Of a DNA stretch of 64,000 bases, positions 41,576 to 54,959 are shown in pieces (position 1 is the first letter of the stretch; each line of letters begins with the position of its first letter). Below the pieces are notes generated by a model. That model searched no databases. It was given only the letters and a program-made list of their open reading frames with translations, and was not told where the DNA came from. This DNA is from the human T2T-CHM13v2.0 reference genome, Homo sapiens, in assembly GCA_009914755.4 (NCBI GenBank), contig CP086569.2, forward strand, positions 14,272,001-14,336,000, given 5' to 3'. Both the position numbers and the translations under genes were made by a program.

Positions 41576-44500
41576 ACAATAATTAAGCTAGTTAACATAT
41601 CACCTCACATTTATTTCCTGTATGTCCTCCACATGTAAGAAGTGGTAAGGGTGGGGGATATTGTGAGAATGCTTAAGATCTACTCTCTTTATGCAATCTT
41701 CATTAAATCAAGTAGTTGTACTGGTGTTAGCTACTGAAGAATATTGTGTTTCCCATATACATTTGTATATACTATTCCTACCTTCAAGAAACAGTTTTAA
41801 CAGTTTACCAGTTTATGTAAGTTGCTAGGCATTATATAAAACTATCTGTCAAAATTAACCTTTTTTTCAAGTAATGATAATCCACTGCTGCAAATATATA
41901 CAAAGTATAACAAAATATCAGTAATATCACCTATAGTGAGAGATAATAAAGTAAAATCTTAAAGGTTATCTGAAGAAGGAAAAAACAAAATGTGAAGTAG
42001 AAAAGTCGCTCTAAAATGGAATAATTCATATATACTTTTAATCTAGTTAATCAATTGACAACTGCTATTTCTACCATGTATTAAACACATGGAAATTTGA
42101 TTAATTTCACTTTTTAAAGGATGGATTAAATTCTGTGACAGAAAAACAGAATTCACAAATACTAGATAATGGCCCCAGATTAGAGAAATTTTAGATGGCA
42201 GATGAGAAACAGAACTTAAAAGGGCTGATGAGCCAAGTAAAATTTTATTTGTCAGGTACTTCCATTTCCTTTACTTAGTCACTATGTCCTAGATGTGGGT
42301 ATAATTATTCTATGTCCCCAGATTATATTAAGAATCAAATAGGCACTTTAGCCAAGGTTACACATTTAATTAGAAGTGTTAACATCAAATTTTAAAATCA
42401 AATCTGCTACTTCAATGCCAGTTTACACTATATTAAAGCTGAATTAAACTGTTTCAGTGACATTTGGCCATTTTCAGGAACAATTAATGAACTATAAAGC
42501 CCTGGAATGTATGCCATGTATAAACAAAAGAGAGACAGATCTACTGCGAAAACTACCTGTATTTTATTTAAATAATTTACCATTTAGAAATATCATATAT
42601 ACTCTTTCATGGAACTAAGGGAAGAAAATGAAGTAGAGAACTCATGAACTGTAATGAACTTAAATTCTGTTCTCCATCACAATATATCCATTCTGTAACC
42701 CTCTTGGAGAACTAAACCTTACTCAAGAATGAGACTGTGAATAATATTAGCCCTCTGATAGGAAATAACTTAATGAGCACATAGTGTATTTCTGGCAAAT
42801 GATAGGCAAGGCAAACTTTGGAGGCTTTTCACAAAGTTACTACTCATTTTTGAAGACAGCAATGGAAATTTTGCCCTTTTCCATACTCTAAATCAAGATA
42901 AGAATGATAAATCATATATTTATTGAGCAGTTAGTTATTACCAATATTACTAAGCATCTAAGTCATTACTCTATAATGTCCCTATGAAAATATGAAAAAA
43001 AAAAGTCATTTTAATTACACCTGGTAAGTATCTTCTACTAAACATGGAAAAATCCAACAGAGAACAAAAGTGAATATGGATCTTTGATGAGATATCTGTG
43101 TATCTGAATCAACTAACCTTGAAGCCTGGACTTCCTATTATGAGTTAGTAATTTTTGAGTTGGAATTTATAAAAGTAAAGCCCAAAGTGTCTCTCTGAGT
43201 ACACTTTGCCAGGAAAACACCTTGCTATTATACAAATATCATGATAGATTCCATCTTTAGCTATATAAATTACTAACCAACTAAAGAAAACTGGAAACTT
43301 TGAAAAGGGAGATATTCATTCTAACTCACACCTTTAATCATTTTAAATGCCAAGTACTTACAGCAATATACAGAAATATCTCTTCCTCAGTTAAACTATC
43401 GATGCCTATAACAATCTCAAAAATAGACAAGAAGTATTTTGATTATGAGGGAAAACTTAAGAAATAAAATTTCAGGATGAGATAAAAATCAAGTAAGATA
43501 TTCACACTAAGAGAAGATTAATGTTGAAAACATCCCAAAACTTTTTAATGCTATACAAATGAAATAAACATCAAAAACTTGCTGAGTGTTTAAAAAAAAT
43601 GAAAGATGGGCAAAAAAAAAGAAAACAGCATATATCTAAGACATTTTTTGCTAAAACCAACCTTACTCGAAGGGTTTGCTACCCTTTACATATGACTAAG
43701 CAAAGAAAAGCACATATAGGAATGAGTTATCTGTTAATATGGTCTGAGAAAATTTTACCATATTTATTTTCTGCTGTAAAACATCTTAGAGCCTTTTACA
43801 GACTTTATGTTTGTGTGTGTATACACATATAATGTGCAGAGAGGATTAAAATCTACAAAGTGGCATAGCTGTACTTATTTTCAATTTCAAATCCACAGGT
43901 ATCTCAAATGGTAAGCAATTTGTAAATGTTACTCTGAATTTGAGAAAAACTGAAAATTTGAAAATTTCAGAAAGACTGAAAAATTCTATTCTATTTTTCC
44001 ACATCAACTGCACTTAACCTTGGACTTAGGGACTCCTCAGCTCCACTTTTTTCTGAGTAGTGTGAAATCTAAGTTATTTATGTAGTTTACTTGCAATGAT
44101 TTTAATGTTTTGGGTTGACTATGTTCCATCAGCATCATACTGTAAAAAACATAAATAGCACAAACAGTCTACATAATTGTAAACTTTAAAACAATTAAGG
44201 CATAATTGAGTTAAGAACCACATGCAGTAAGGCATTAATTCAGCAAGTCTGCGTTGGCCAGACAAGCACATTCAAAGAAAGGTATGAATCTTGACAAGCT
44301 CCTCACAGTAATCTCTGAAGTCCTTGGAATATCTAGTCTGACAAGAGTGTCTTTATTTATCTGGGGTTTTGGTTCATCCCAGATAGTTATGCTAACAATT
44401 GATTTATGGCAGAGGCCTGGGGCAATATGGTATCAGACCTCTCTCTGTAGGCACTGGAGACTAAGCTACTAAGGTAGCTTAGTAGGCAGGTCCTCCAGAG

Positions 44501-45688
44501 CTACAAGATCAAATCCGAGTAAAAACTCTGAAAAGCAACAGTCACTGAGTTCCTCTGGTGGACAATATTCTGTCTATGTTTTCCTAACTTGCTGCTGGGA
44601 AAATCAATTGCAGCTCACAGATGTACAACAAAAGAGGACAAATGAAATCTTGCAGCTGGTTCTCTCTCCTAGACTCTGCCCTTACATGTCTTTTCCTTTG
44701 ATAATTTTAATGTGTATTCTTTCACTGTAATAAACTGTAACCATGTGTATAACTGTTATCTGGGTTAAGTCCCTCTAACAAATCACTGAACTTGAGGGAG
44801 GTTTGGGGAACCCCAAACAACACAGAGTTTTTAAAAAGCATTCCTTTAATATTTCTGTGTTAGTGAGTTCAAAGTAAATCCTATTGTTAAGTTACATAAA
44901 TACCCTCCACCTGTAAAATTAAGATAATCTACAAAAGATCTGTATCTGGAAAAGGAGAAACATTCTTAATACGCATAAAATCACAAACCTTATTATTTTC
45001 TCCAGAAGCTATAATTCTTTCAAAAGACAATGCTTTTAACTTAAAGGGAAGACCTATTTTCATTAAAGTCTTGGAAAACAAAATAGCTTCACATAGCAAA
45101 AAAGTAAAAAAAATTTGAGAAATCAAATTTCCACAGAATTAAGATATTTAAACAATAATGTAATTTTTCCCAAAAATCTGCATATTACCCAAAAACTGCA
45201 TATTTAGCAACTGGCAGTCCAAAAGCCTTAGAGTGAATATTATATTAAACAACTTTGCTATGACACATGTTTTGCTATAATAGGTGTAGATTTCTAATAA
45301 GACCTATACAAAGCAATAATCAATAGTTAAATCACTGGTATGACATCACTAACTGGCCTGTTCTCTCTCTCTTTGGTGGCAGACACACAAAATAATGTTG
45401 ATGCTCAAAGGAAATCAAAACCTTCACCATCTCCTGATTATATAAAAACTTTTAAAATTAAACAAAACAAAAACTTTAAGGTGCCAAAATTATCTTGCAA
45501 GTCTTGGTGTTCATTTTATATCCTGAAACTCATTTCCAACCTTATTTTAACCCTTTAGGTCATATCCTCAATTTTCTAAGATTTTCATAGCACTAAATTC
45601 CAACGCTTCTCAGTGACATTAAAGTGTGCATGCGCACATGTGCATGCACGCACACACATATGAAATTGTGTATGTGGGAAAAATCTCA

Positions 45689-45859
<171 letters not shown>

Positions 45860-46199
45860 TTACATATATCTCACTTGATAGTATAGGAAACATTCTGGTT
45901 ATTTAATTTTATTGAAAGTACCAACTTTATAAAAAACAGTATGAATGAACGGAAAAGATTAGAAAGGGATAAGAAAGTGCATAATCCTTTTGTTCTCAAT
46001 TCCGTCAACTATTCAAAAATATCTAAAGGTTCAAGAAAAAATTCAGTGGAAATTACTACAAATCTTTCTGAAACATTCAAGGAAGAACAGCAGGAAAATG
46101 TGAAAAGGTGAGAAAGTGAAGGTGTTAATTCTGCTTCTACTCAGCTTCATATAAGCCAACTTTTTAAAACTTTATTTCTGCCTTTCACTTTTGGTATAC

Positions 46200-46487
46200 T
46201 CTTTTGTTGTAAATGACAAGGTCTCAATCTGTCACCCATGCTGGAGTGTAGCAGGACAATCACAGCTCACTGCAGCCTGGACCTCCTGGGTTCAAGCAAT
46301 CCTCTTACTTCAGCCTTCTGAGTAGCTGGAACCACAGGTTCATGCCAATACTCCTAGCTAATTTTTTTCATTTTTTGTACAGAGAGGATCTCTCTTTGAT
46401 GTCCTGGATGGTCATGAACTTCTGGGCTCAACGGATCCTCCTGCACCAGCCTCCCAAAGAGCTGAAATTACAGGCAAACACCTGGCC
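46200..46487 (-). mobile_element. Old Alu (AluJ-like)
   Basis: acaaggtctcaatctgtcacccatgctggagtgtagcaggacaatcacagctcactgcagcctggacctcctgggttcaagcaatcctcttacttcagccttctgagtagctggaaccacagg... Confidence 0.85.
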
Positions 46488-47559
46488 TGTTTGCCATTAT
46501 CTACTACCATTCTAAGTATGTGTAATAACATGGATAGGGGATCAATTTTTATTTTTTCCACATAGATTTCCTATAGTCTAGCATAATTTGTGGAGCAGAC
46601 TATTATAATTCCAGAGCAATATGGTGTTACCTTTGATATAAATCAAGTACTCATGTTCATGTGGGACTGTTTCTGGGTTCTCCAATCTAATTCAGTGTTG
46701 ATTAGTCTATCAATCCACCTTTGTTCAAATGCTATCATACTGTCTTAATTACTGTTTCTTTTTTAAATGGGTCTCTCCAATAAAGAAAATCCACAGATAA
46801 GTAGAGGTTTTCTTTTTAACAGTGAGTGTATTTTGAATATTTTTACTGCTTGAATTATGTAAATGATAATTTCCTCAAAAATAAATACGAGGGCAAAAGT
46901 CTGCTTGAATCTAAATTATTCTCCAAATACTTTGAAAGTAACAATTTAGAATCTTAAGTGTTTCTAATACAAATGACATTTTCTATACAGTATAAAAAGA
47001 TACAGATACCAGTAATATGACAAAATGGGATATAGGATGCTACACATGCCCCTAATAGGTTAGTCTGATAAGTAATTTCCTACTTCTAAAATTATGTATA
47101 TTCCATATCCATTAATTCCAAGATTAAGCATTTTAAAAGGTAGGGGGTTTGGGGAATTATACAGACATCACTTAAAGACAACACATTATTTAATATATAT
47201 TAAAGCAATCACTATTTTGTATCTATGCTAGCTTTATCTGTGTAGTGATTTTACGTTCTTATCTTCAATCTATGGGAGAACATGAGTTATCACAATTATA
47301 TGAAAATTAATCAACATGATGCACACTAATCACATGATGCACATGTAAATCAACATGATGCACACAGTTTATTCCCCTAAACTGTATAGGAATACAGTTT
47401 CCTTGTCACTAGTTTTACACTGGATTTCACCTAAGTAAATTCTGGCTGACTAAAATGATTTTATCTATATGCCCAGAGAAATAATTATAAATACTGATTA
47501 AAATAACCATCTTTACATGGGGCAAAGCATAATAAATTATTCTACTAACTACAACTTAT

Positions 47560-48850
47560 ATCCTTACTTTTGAATACATGCCCCCTAAATTCTTTACCAG
47601 TGTTATCACTGCCTTGGGCAGACAGGGGCAGGTCCCCAGTGAAACCTGACATTCAAGCCAAAGAAAGCCTGAAGCCTGAAAACTGGGCTGCCAGTTACAG
47701 GTAGAGTCTGTGACCCAGAGTGAGAACTTCCTTGACAACTTTTAGCCAGCCAAAAGGTGCTTTTTCCAGGCCCACCTTGGACCAATCAGCATGCACTCAC
47801 CCATTCTGAGCCCACACAAACCCCAGACTCAGCCATACTTTAGCACTATCCACCTTTGGGTAGGGGCTACCCACTTCAGGTCCCCTCTCAGCTGAGAGCT
47901 GTTCTGTTCCTCAGTAAAACTTTTCTGCCTTGCTCACCCTCTAGTTGTCCATGTTAGCTCATTCTTCTTGGACCTAGAACAAGAACCCAGTACCCACCAA
48001 AGGGCAGGGCATAAAGTGACTGCAACACTGTAGCCCTCCTGCCCTCTATCCACACCGGGTGGCTGCCCCATGTGACAGGAAGCAGCAGGGTGCCAGGCCA
48101 GCCCAGGAGCCGTCGGCTTAAGCCAGGTAATGGGACTGAACCAACTGGGAGGCACACAACCCCGTTCGCTGGAAGTGTGTGGACTTGGTGAGGGAGCGGT
48201 AATACCAATGAGGGAGTGGTAATACGAATGTGCTGTAACACTTCGTGGGGGCTCAGACACCAGGACTCCCCAAGCCAGAGCTGTAACAAACTGTAACACC
48301 CCCTTTGGGGCTTTGTGGTTTCTGGCATCTCCAAATATTTTCAGCGCCACAGCGTTCCCGTAGTCCAGTTGCCAGCACCCAAGGCGGAAGCCGCTGAAGG
48401 CACCGTTGGTCCAGCCACAGACTTGCGCAGAGCTCACCCATGTGCCAGCACCTGGAGTTGCCCAACCTGCCGGCACACCTGACTGTATGCCATGGCCAGA
48501 CCCCATGCCCACTGGCTCACATAGGTCTTGCCACTCTGCACCTGGCTCCCCACTGGCGGGTGTGAAATCTGAGCGGGTACCATGAGCCAAGCACAGCCTG
48601 CAGGGCCAACTGGGCAGAGCCAGTCCAGCCATCAGGAACCAAACTTGAGCAGAGGCCCTGCCAGACAAACAGGTCTTGTGAAGCGGCACCCAAAGGATCC
48701 TTTGTCAGTACCCTTCCCAATGATAACAGAAAGTTTTTCTGTTCCAATGCAAAGTTTTTCTGCCTTTCGATTCCAATGCCAAAATATGCAGAAAATATGC
48801 ATTTTTTGGTTTCAGTAGGAATTTTGTTTAAATTATTAGACTGGGGACCC
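47560..48850. mobile_element. GC- and CpG-enriched 1.2-1.3 kb block in an otherwise AT-rich intron. Candidate ERV LTR or LTR-derived element; family and orientation not assigned.
   Basis: GC content rises sharply to about 58% against about 33% in the flanks, with about 20 CpGs in 700 bp. It carries a CCAAT-box-like ggaccaatcagcatgcactcacccattctgagcccacacaaaccccagactcagcc, which resembles the ccaatcag...gagcccacaacccc arrangement of gamma-retroviral LTRs. There is a short internal tandem repeat, gagggagcggtaataccaat / gagggagtggtaatacgaat. The long minus-strand ORFs here (251 aa, 126 aa) are low-complexity and have no recognisable protein similarity. Confidence 0.4.
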
Positions 48851-49439
48851 AGACATCAGGTCTGCTTATACCACTAAATAAATGGTTAAATAACAGTGAC
48901 CAAGAACTAACATATTTATGACGGATTATACAAGACGGTTAGTGAATTAAGTTTAAGATCTCTTAAAACAATGTATATTATTCATGAAAAAAATCATTAT
49001 AGAATCTTAACGCTTAGTAGCAAACAATTATTTCCAGACTTGATGTAATTAAATGCCCAAAGGCAGAGAAGGAAGAAAAACAGAAGGCAGGAAAAGCTAT
49101 CCAGGTTAAAGTTAAATATTCACCTGTGGGAAAACATGTCAAATAGCTGTCAGTGCATATTTAAGAATTTGTAATAAACATTACGGCAACCTACACATTG
49201 CAAATCTTGATCACACAGTAATTATCTTCCTTCGGACTGTCACAGCACTCGAATGGGGTAAAACATAAAATAGGAGCAGGGCAGTTTATAATCAAGTTAC
49301 CAATTACTGGCCAAGATGAAAGAATGATGGGCTGAACTTGATTAGAAACTGCAGTAAAATAAGTGATACTACTGGAAATGTATGGTTACAGACATTAAAA
49401 TCACCATTTACTGGAAACAAATGGTATAAGTCAACTTAC

Positions 49440-49498
49440 CAATGAAATGCATTGTAGTAGAAGTAGACCAAACCAAGGCCATATAAAAACGCAGCATT
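49440..49498 (-). CDS. UTY: UTY coding exon, TPR region. Translation NAAFLYGLGLVYFYYNAFH(W), 59 nt, ends in phase 2.
   Basis: Minus-strand read: acceptor ...tattaacAG|AATGCTGCG, donor CATTG|GTaagt. The translation matches the KDM6A/UTY TPR region from memory; FYY and HW are the UTY-type residues. The split W codon (TG|G) joins in frame with the next exon. Confidence 0.8.
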
Positions 49499-50634
49499 CT
49501 GTTAATATAAAACACAAAACAACCTTTATAACAGATTTTATATCTATTACTATTACATATATTAATAAGAAGTCACGTAACGAGATGTTTTAAGTTCTGA
49601 ATATTTTACCATATATTACAATATTCTTCTCTACTTTTTCTCAAGTTCTCTCCATTTTGAAAATTGGAATCAATTTGCCATTCAATGTTACAAAAAAGGT
49701 AGTTACCTTTTTTTTTTTAATGCACAGCATCACCCTCTACTAAATGTTAGTACAGATTGTTCATCCCTTATCCAAAATACTTGAGACTAGGTGTTCCAAA
49801 TTTCCAACTTCTCTGGGTTTTAAGTACTTGCGTATACATAGATACCTTGGGGATGGAACCCAAGTTTAAACACAAAATTCATTTGTTTTATATATAGCTT
49901 ATACACATAGCCTGAAGGTAACTGTGTACAAAACGTTTAATAATTTTGAGTATGAAACAAAGTTTTTGTATACTGAACCATCTGAAAGCAAAGGTGTCAC
50001 AATTTCAGCCACGTAAGAGTGCAATCTGTGGTTGTTTGGCATCACCATCTATTCCTAATCAGGAATTTACATATGCCACTGAGAAGCAATCATTTTCTTA
50101 CACTAATTCACACATAAGTGTTTAAAACAGTAAAAAATATGACACAAGATTATACAGAGAGAAACAGTGTCTGGGTAACTGAACAGCATGGTAGCATACA
50201 GTCATGGGCCTTGTTAATGACAGACAACATATATATACAACAGTGGTCCCACAGGACTATAATAATTGATTTTTACTGAGCTTTTCTATGTTTAGATATA
50301 CAAACACCATTGTGTTATAATTAGTTATAGTATTCAGTACAGTAACATGCTACATAGGTTTGTAGCCTATGACCTAGAGGCTACACCATACAGCAAAGCT
50401 GTGTAATAAGCTGCATCATTTGGGTTTCTGTAAGTACACCATATGATGTTGACACAATGATGCAACTGCCTAAAAACAAATTTGTCAGATTGCATTCCTG
50501 TCATTGAGATGTATGAATGTACCTGTATCAGCTGATAAACTGCAACAACAAGAACAACAACAGAACAGCAGGTTTTCAGTCTCCACCTATGATGCTGTAT
50601 TTTGATGAAAAATTTACTGTACACACTGCATTAT

Positions 50635-50845
50635 TTATTTATTTATTATTATTTTTTTGATACGGGTTCTCACTCTGTCACCCAGGCTTGAGTGCTGTGG
50701 CATGACCTAAGCTCACTGCAACCTCTGCCTCCAGGGTTCAAGCAATTATCCTGCCTCAGTCTCCTGAGTACCTAGGACTACAAGCACCCACCACCACACC
50801 ACATTCATATGGGATTACAGGCATAAGCCACCATGCATGGCATGA
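50635..50845 (-). mobile_element. Alu with an internal deletion
   Basis: gatacgggttctcactctgtcacccaggcttgagtgctgtggcatgacctaagctcactgcaacctctgcctccagggttcaagcaattatcctgcctcagtctcctgagtacctaggactacaagcacccaccaccacacc...tgggattacaggcataagccaccatgcatggc. Confidence 0.8.
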
Positions 50846-50849
50846 ATGG

Positions 50850-53600
50850 CTTGTTAAATGTTTCTGCAGAATTATCTGCCTGATTCACAATGGCTTTTGC
50901 CTTGCATATCTCTTTCATTTTATAACCTGACATGATTTCTTGTTATGAATGCCTGCTGTCCTAGTCCTTCAATAAGTCCATCAGGCATTTTCATCACATT
51001 GTCTGTAGGCACCTTCCCTGCAGTCTTAAAAACATCACCTTCATTATCACTACTATCACAATCATCTTAATTCAACCAGACTATTCTGGCTATTTCACAA
51101 TTGTTAAAAGAACAACTAGGGCCTAATTATTAATGTTAAAGTCTTGATATATAATTCTTCTAGCTTTATTTTGTGTATTTAAGGAAGAGCGATGTCATTT
51201 TTTTCTTACTTGACATAGAAAATCCTTCAAAATTACCACCTTGTTTATCGTCATCACTGAACACGGTCACAGAGCATAGCTGTGCCAGACATTAAGACAA
51301 TATCTTTAGTCACTGCATTCCAAATACAGGCAATAGCATATACAGCATCATTCTTCATGCTAACTCCTTCTGAAGACCTGCCACACTCACATCTCTGTTC
51401 ATTCATGCCAGCATGCTATTCATGAAGAATTTTTATATTTAGTCTTTATTGATATAAAGATACCCTGCTCACATGGTTGAATTAATGAAGTCACATTTGG
51501 AGAAAAGGACATGGCAAAAAGATTATTTCTGAGTAAAATTTCAGCTGAAGGATGAGCAGAGCAGATGTCAACCAGTCCAGCTTCCTGCAATGAGTACAAG
51601 CAGCTAGTACAAAATATTTACGAAACCAATCAGAAAAGATGTTGCTGGTAATCCATGCCTTTCTGTTAGTATAATAATGAACTGGTAAGAAATTCACTCC
51701 CTGAACACAGTACACAAGCTTTTGCCTACCACATAAGTTCAGATTTATGCATGCTTGTCACATTAGCACATGTCAGCACAGTTATTTTTAAACCTCTGCA
51801 ACTAGCTTGTTGAATATTCAACCGTTCTCTTCAGTTTTCAGTTTACTGCGATAACAGCCACTTGTTTCATGAACACACTATTATTATGTGGCATGTATTC
51901 AATGCAACACTGACGGATCCCCTCTTTCAATACACAGTCAAAATCTACATTTTTAGCTTTACACAGTGTTTTCCTATTTCTCATTAACTTCAGTTCATCC
52001 TTTCCACACATAACTTCAATAGTTTATCCTTCTGTTTCTTCAAGTCACATTGGCGGTCATTCCAACGCTATATGCTCTTCTATAAATGTTTCACACATCA
52101 CAGTTCAGTTTCTCTGTTTGACTTTATGTGCTATAAACATAAATACTTCCTCTTTTTCTTACCATTTTTACCCATAAGGTTATCTGTAGGACTTTTCTGA
52201 TACAGTCTCTTTACATCACTAAGCAGACAACAAGCAAAAAACAGTGCATAGAGGTTTGGGCCCCATGTGGGGCATTGTGGAGATCCTGCCATTGGCACAT
52301 CCAGGCTACACAAGTGTCATTTTATTACCCTTTGTGGCCTTGCTTATCTGGGTTTATCTGGCATGGATGGAAAAGGTATGTAACAGCTGAAGGGACCTGA
52401 GAGTGTCTTCTTCCCTTGGGGATGGTGAATAAACTATGTTCTATGCACCTGCACTTGGACTAGGACACATCACATGAGGCTGGCTGTGAAATTTTTAAGT
52501 TTTCAATTTATGGGGCGCATTTTAAATTTTAGATTTTTGAGTTAGAAATGCTCAAATATTAAACAGTTCTCTTCAGTTTTCAGTTCACTGTGAAAATCTC
52601 CACTTGTTTCATGATGAGCACCCAATTTTCTTTTTATAGTTTGAGTTCTAGGGTACATGCGCACAACATGCAGGTTTGTTACGTATGTATACATGTGCCA
52701 TGTTGATGTGCTGCACCCATTAACTCGTCACTTACGTTAGATTTATCTCCTAATGCTATCCCTCCCCCCTCCCCCCACCCCACAACAGGCCCTGGTGTGT
52801 GATGTTCCCCTTCCTCTGTCCAAGTGTTCTCATTGTTCCCACCTATGAGTGAGAACATACGGTGTTTGGTTTTTTGTCCTTGCGATAGTTTGCTGAGAAT
52901 GATGGTTTCCAGCTTCATCCATGGCCCTACAAAGGACATGAACTCATCCTTTTTTATGGCTGCACAGTATTCCATGGTGTATACGTGACACATTTTCTTA
53001 ATCCAGTCTATCATTAATGGAGATTTGGGTTGGTTCCAAGTGTTTGCTATTGTGAATAGTGCCGCAATAAACATACATGTGCATGTGTCTTTATAGCTGC
53101 ATGATTTATAATCCTTTGGGTATATACCCAGTAATCGGATCACTGGGTCAAATGGTATTTCTAGTTCTAGATCCCTGAGGAATTGCCACACTGACTTCCA
53201 CAATGGTTGAACTAGTTTACAGTCCCACCAACAGTGTAAAAGTGTTCCTATTTCTCCACATCCTCTCTAGCACACGTTGTTTCCTGACTTTTTAATTATC
53301 GCCATTCTAACTGCTGGATGAGCACACAATTATTACGTGGTATGTATTCACTGCAACACTGACAGATCCCCCTCTTTCAATATACAATAGAAATCTACAC
53401 GATTCTCAATATGTATTAAAAACAGTATTTTAAACTCAGAAAAGTCATCTAGCCATTACATTTTTAGGTTTTTAGACGTCACTAATTCTTTTTGCAGCAT
53501 GAAACAGGGAGATGGATTCCTGCAGTAAATTATAATTTTAGGTTGCCTTGGCATCCATTTTGAATATAAGCAGAACTTTTTCATATTAGAAGCAGGACTT
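50850..53600 (-). mobile_element. Tigger/pogo-like DNA transposon remnant with a decayed transposase ORF, split by a young L1 insertion at 52625-53318
   Basis: The minus-strand ORF 51491-51715 translates ...NRKAWITSNIFSDWFRKYFVLAACTHCRKLDWLTSALLILQLKFYSEIIFLPCPFLQ, which resembles the Tigger/pogo transposase C-terminal region (...AWMTxxLFxxWFxxYFxP...ILLLIDNAPGHP...) recalled from memory. The flanking sequence is non-Alu and non-L1. Confidence 0.6.
52625..53318 (-). mobile_element. Young L1 (L1PA-type) 3'-end insertion, about 690 bp, with a poly-T tail and a 15-bp TSD
   Basis: The minus-strand ORF 52679-53203 (174 aa) is the L1 ORF2 C-terminus: ...MWKSVWQFLRDLELEIPFDPVIRLLGIYPKDYKSCSYKDTCTCMFIAALFTIANTWNQPKSPLMIDWIKKMCHVYTMEYCAAIKKDEFMSFVGPWMKLETIILSKLSQGQKTKHRMFSLIGGNNENTWTEEGEHHTPGPVVGWGEGGGIALGDK.... 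The TSD is gatgagcacCcaatt / gatgagcacAcaatt (about 52607-52621 and 53318-53332). Divergence is low and CpG/TpG sites are retained. Confidence 0.9.
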
Positions 53601-54295
53601 AGTTGCCCTTGACACAGTTTCTAATTTCTCCCTCTTCCAGTTCCTCAATATAGTTAATCTAGATATCTGCCTTAAGCAATTGCCTCCTGGTTACCACTTC
53701 CCTGTGGAAGAGCTAGACACAACCCACTTGATTTACCGCACTAACCCTTACAACCTACAAGGATGACAAAGATATGCCACCACCATCACCTCAGTCACAC
53801 CCTGAACTCCTGTAACTTGCTCTAAACCCACCAATTAGAATCACCGAGGGAAACCTGCTTGGGTAATACCCTGAGTCCTAATAAAGGCTTTGGCCCATAG
53901 TTCCCTCACACTGTCTCCACTGGATTGAGCATCCCAGAGAGTTCCCCCTTTCCACATACCTGCAAGGCATGCTATCTCTTCTCTGTAATACACTACTTCT
54001 GTTATTTCATTTGTACTGTGGTGCACCACCCTCTGTCTCACCTGACTGTTAATCCAAACCAAACTCTCCTCCTGTCAAAACTCTCCTAGAGATGTCTGTC
54101 TTGGTAGGAATAAACTAGATCCTGGTTAAGTAAGAGCCACAAGGCTTCTGCCAGAACAGATGCTCCATGGCTTAAGATGGGGTTATGTCCCAGTAAACCA
54201 TGATAAGTTGAAAGTGTGGCAATACATTTAATGCACCTAATCTACTGAGCATCATAGCTTAGCCAAGCCCACCTTAAGGATGATTAGGACATTTA

Positions 54296-54512
54296 TTTAT
54301 TTATTTTATTTCATTCTATTTTTTAAGACAAGGTCTTGCTCTGTCAACCAGCTGGAGTGTAGTGGCACAATCATGGCTTCCTGCAGCCTTGACTTCCCAG
54401 ATTCAGGCTATCCTCCCACCTCAGCCTGCTGACTGACTGGGAACACAGGCAACAAGCCACCATGCCTGGCTAAGTAATTTTGGTAGAGACAGGGTTTCAC
54501 CATATTGCTCAG
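54296..54512 (-). mobile_element. Old Alu, partial
   Basis: agacaaggtcttgctctgtcaaccagctggagtgtagtggcacaatcatggcttcctgcagccttgacttcccagattcaggctatcctcccacctcagcctgc... Confidence 0.8.
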
Positions 54513-54959
54513 ACTAAGGCACATTTGCATTAGCCTATAGTCAGGCAAAATCACTGAAAACAAAGCTTATTTTATAATAAAGTGCTGAAAATCTCATTTA
54601 ATTTACTGAATATTGTACTAAAAGTGAACAGCAGAATGGCTGTATGGGTAACTGAAGCTCACTGCTTCTGCTGAATACATACCACTTTCACACCTTCATA
54701 ATATCAGAAACTAGGAGTAATCATTGCTAGTGAGGAACTGTCTTTATAGATGGGTTTCCTCTGACAGGGGCATCTGGTGAGAAGGACATCTGATCACAAG
54801 CACTGGGCCATCCACCAAAATATAGCAGAATCCTTTCAAAAGCACACTGTATACGTTCATGGCCACCTGTCCTGGATTCCTTTCATGGCAAGGCTACAAT
54901 TTCTGGGCATTCTCTAGAGACCTCAAAACCAACTTAGATGTCAAGTACTCAAAGCTCAC

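Noticed and set aside
47934-48689. 251-aa minus-strand ORF (plus overlapping 126-, 76- and 70-aa ORFs) in the GC-rich block
   Set aside because: The open frames occur simultaneously in several frames, which is typical of GC-rich sequence depleted in A/T-rich stop codons. The translation is low-complexity (P/G/A/W/S-rich) with no recognisable domain. It has no start context and no splice-site support.
52679-53203. 174-aa ORF (and the ORFs at 16761-16970, 62221-62466 and 62823-63212) as candidate genes
   Set aside because: They translate to L1 ORF2 endonuclease, RT or C-terminal remnants of truncated, non-autonomous L1 copies. They are not host genes.
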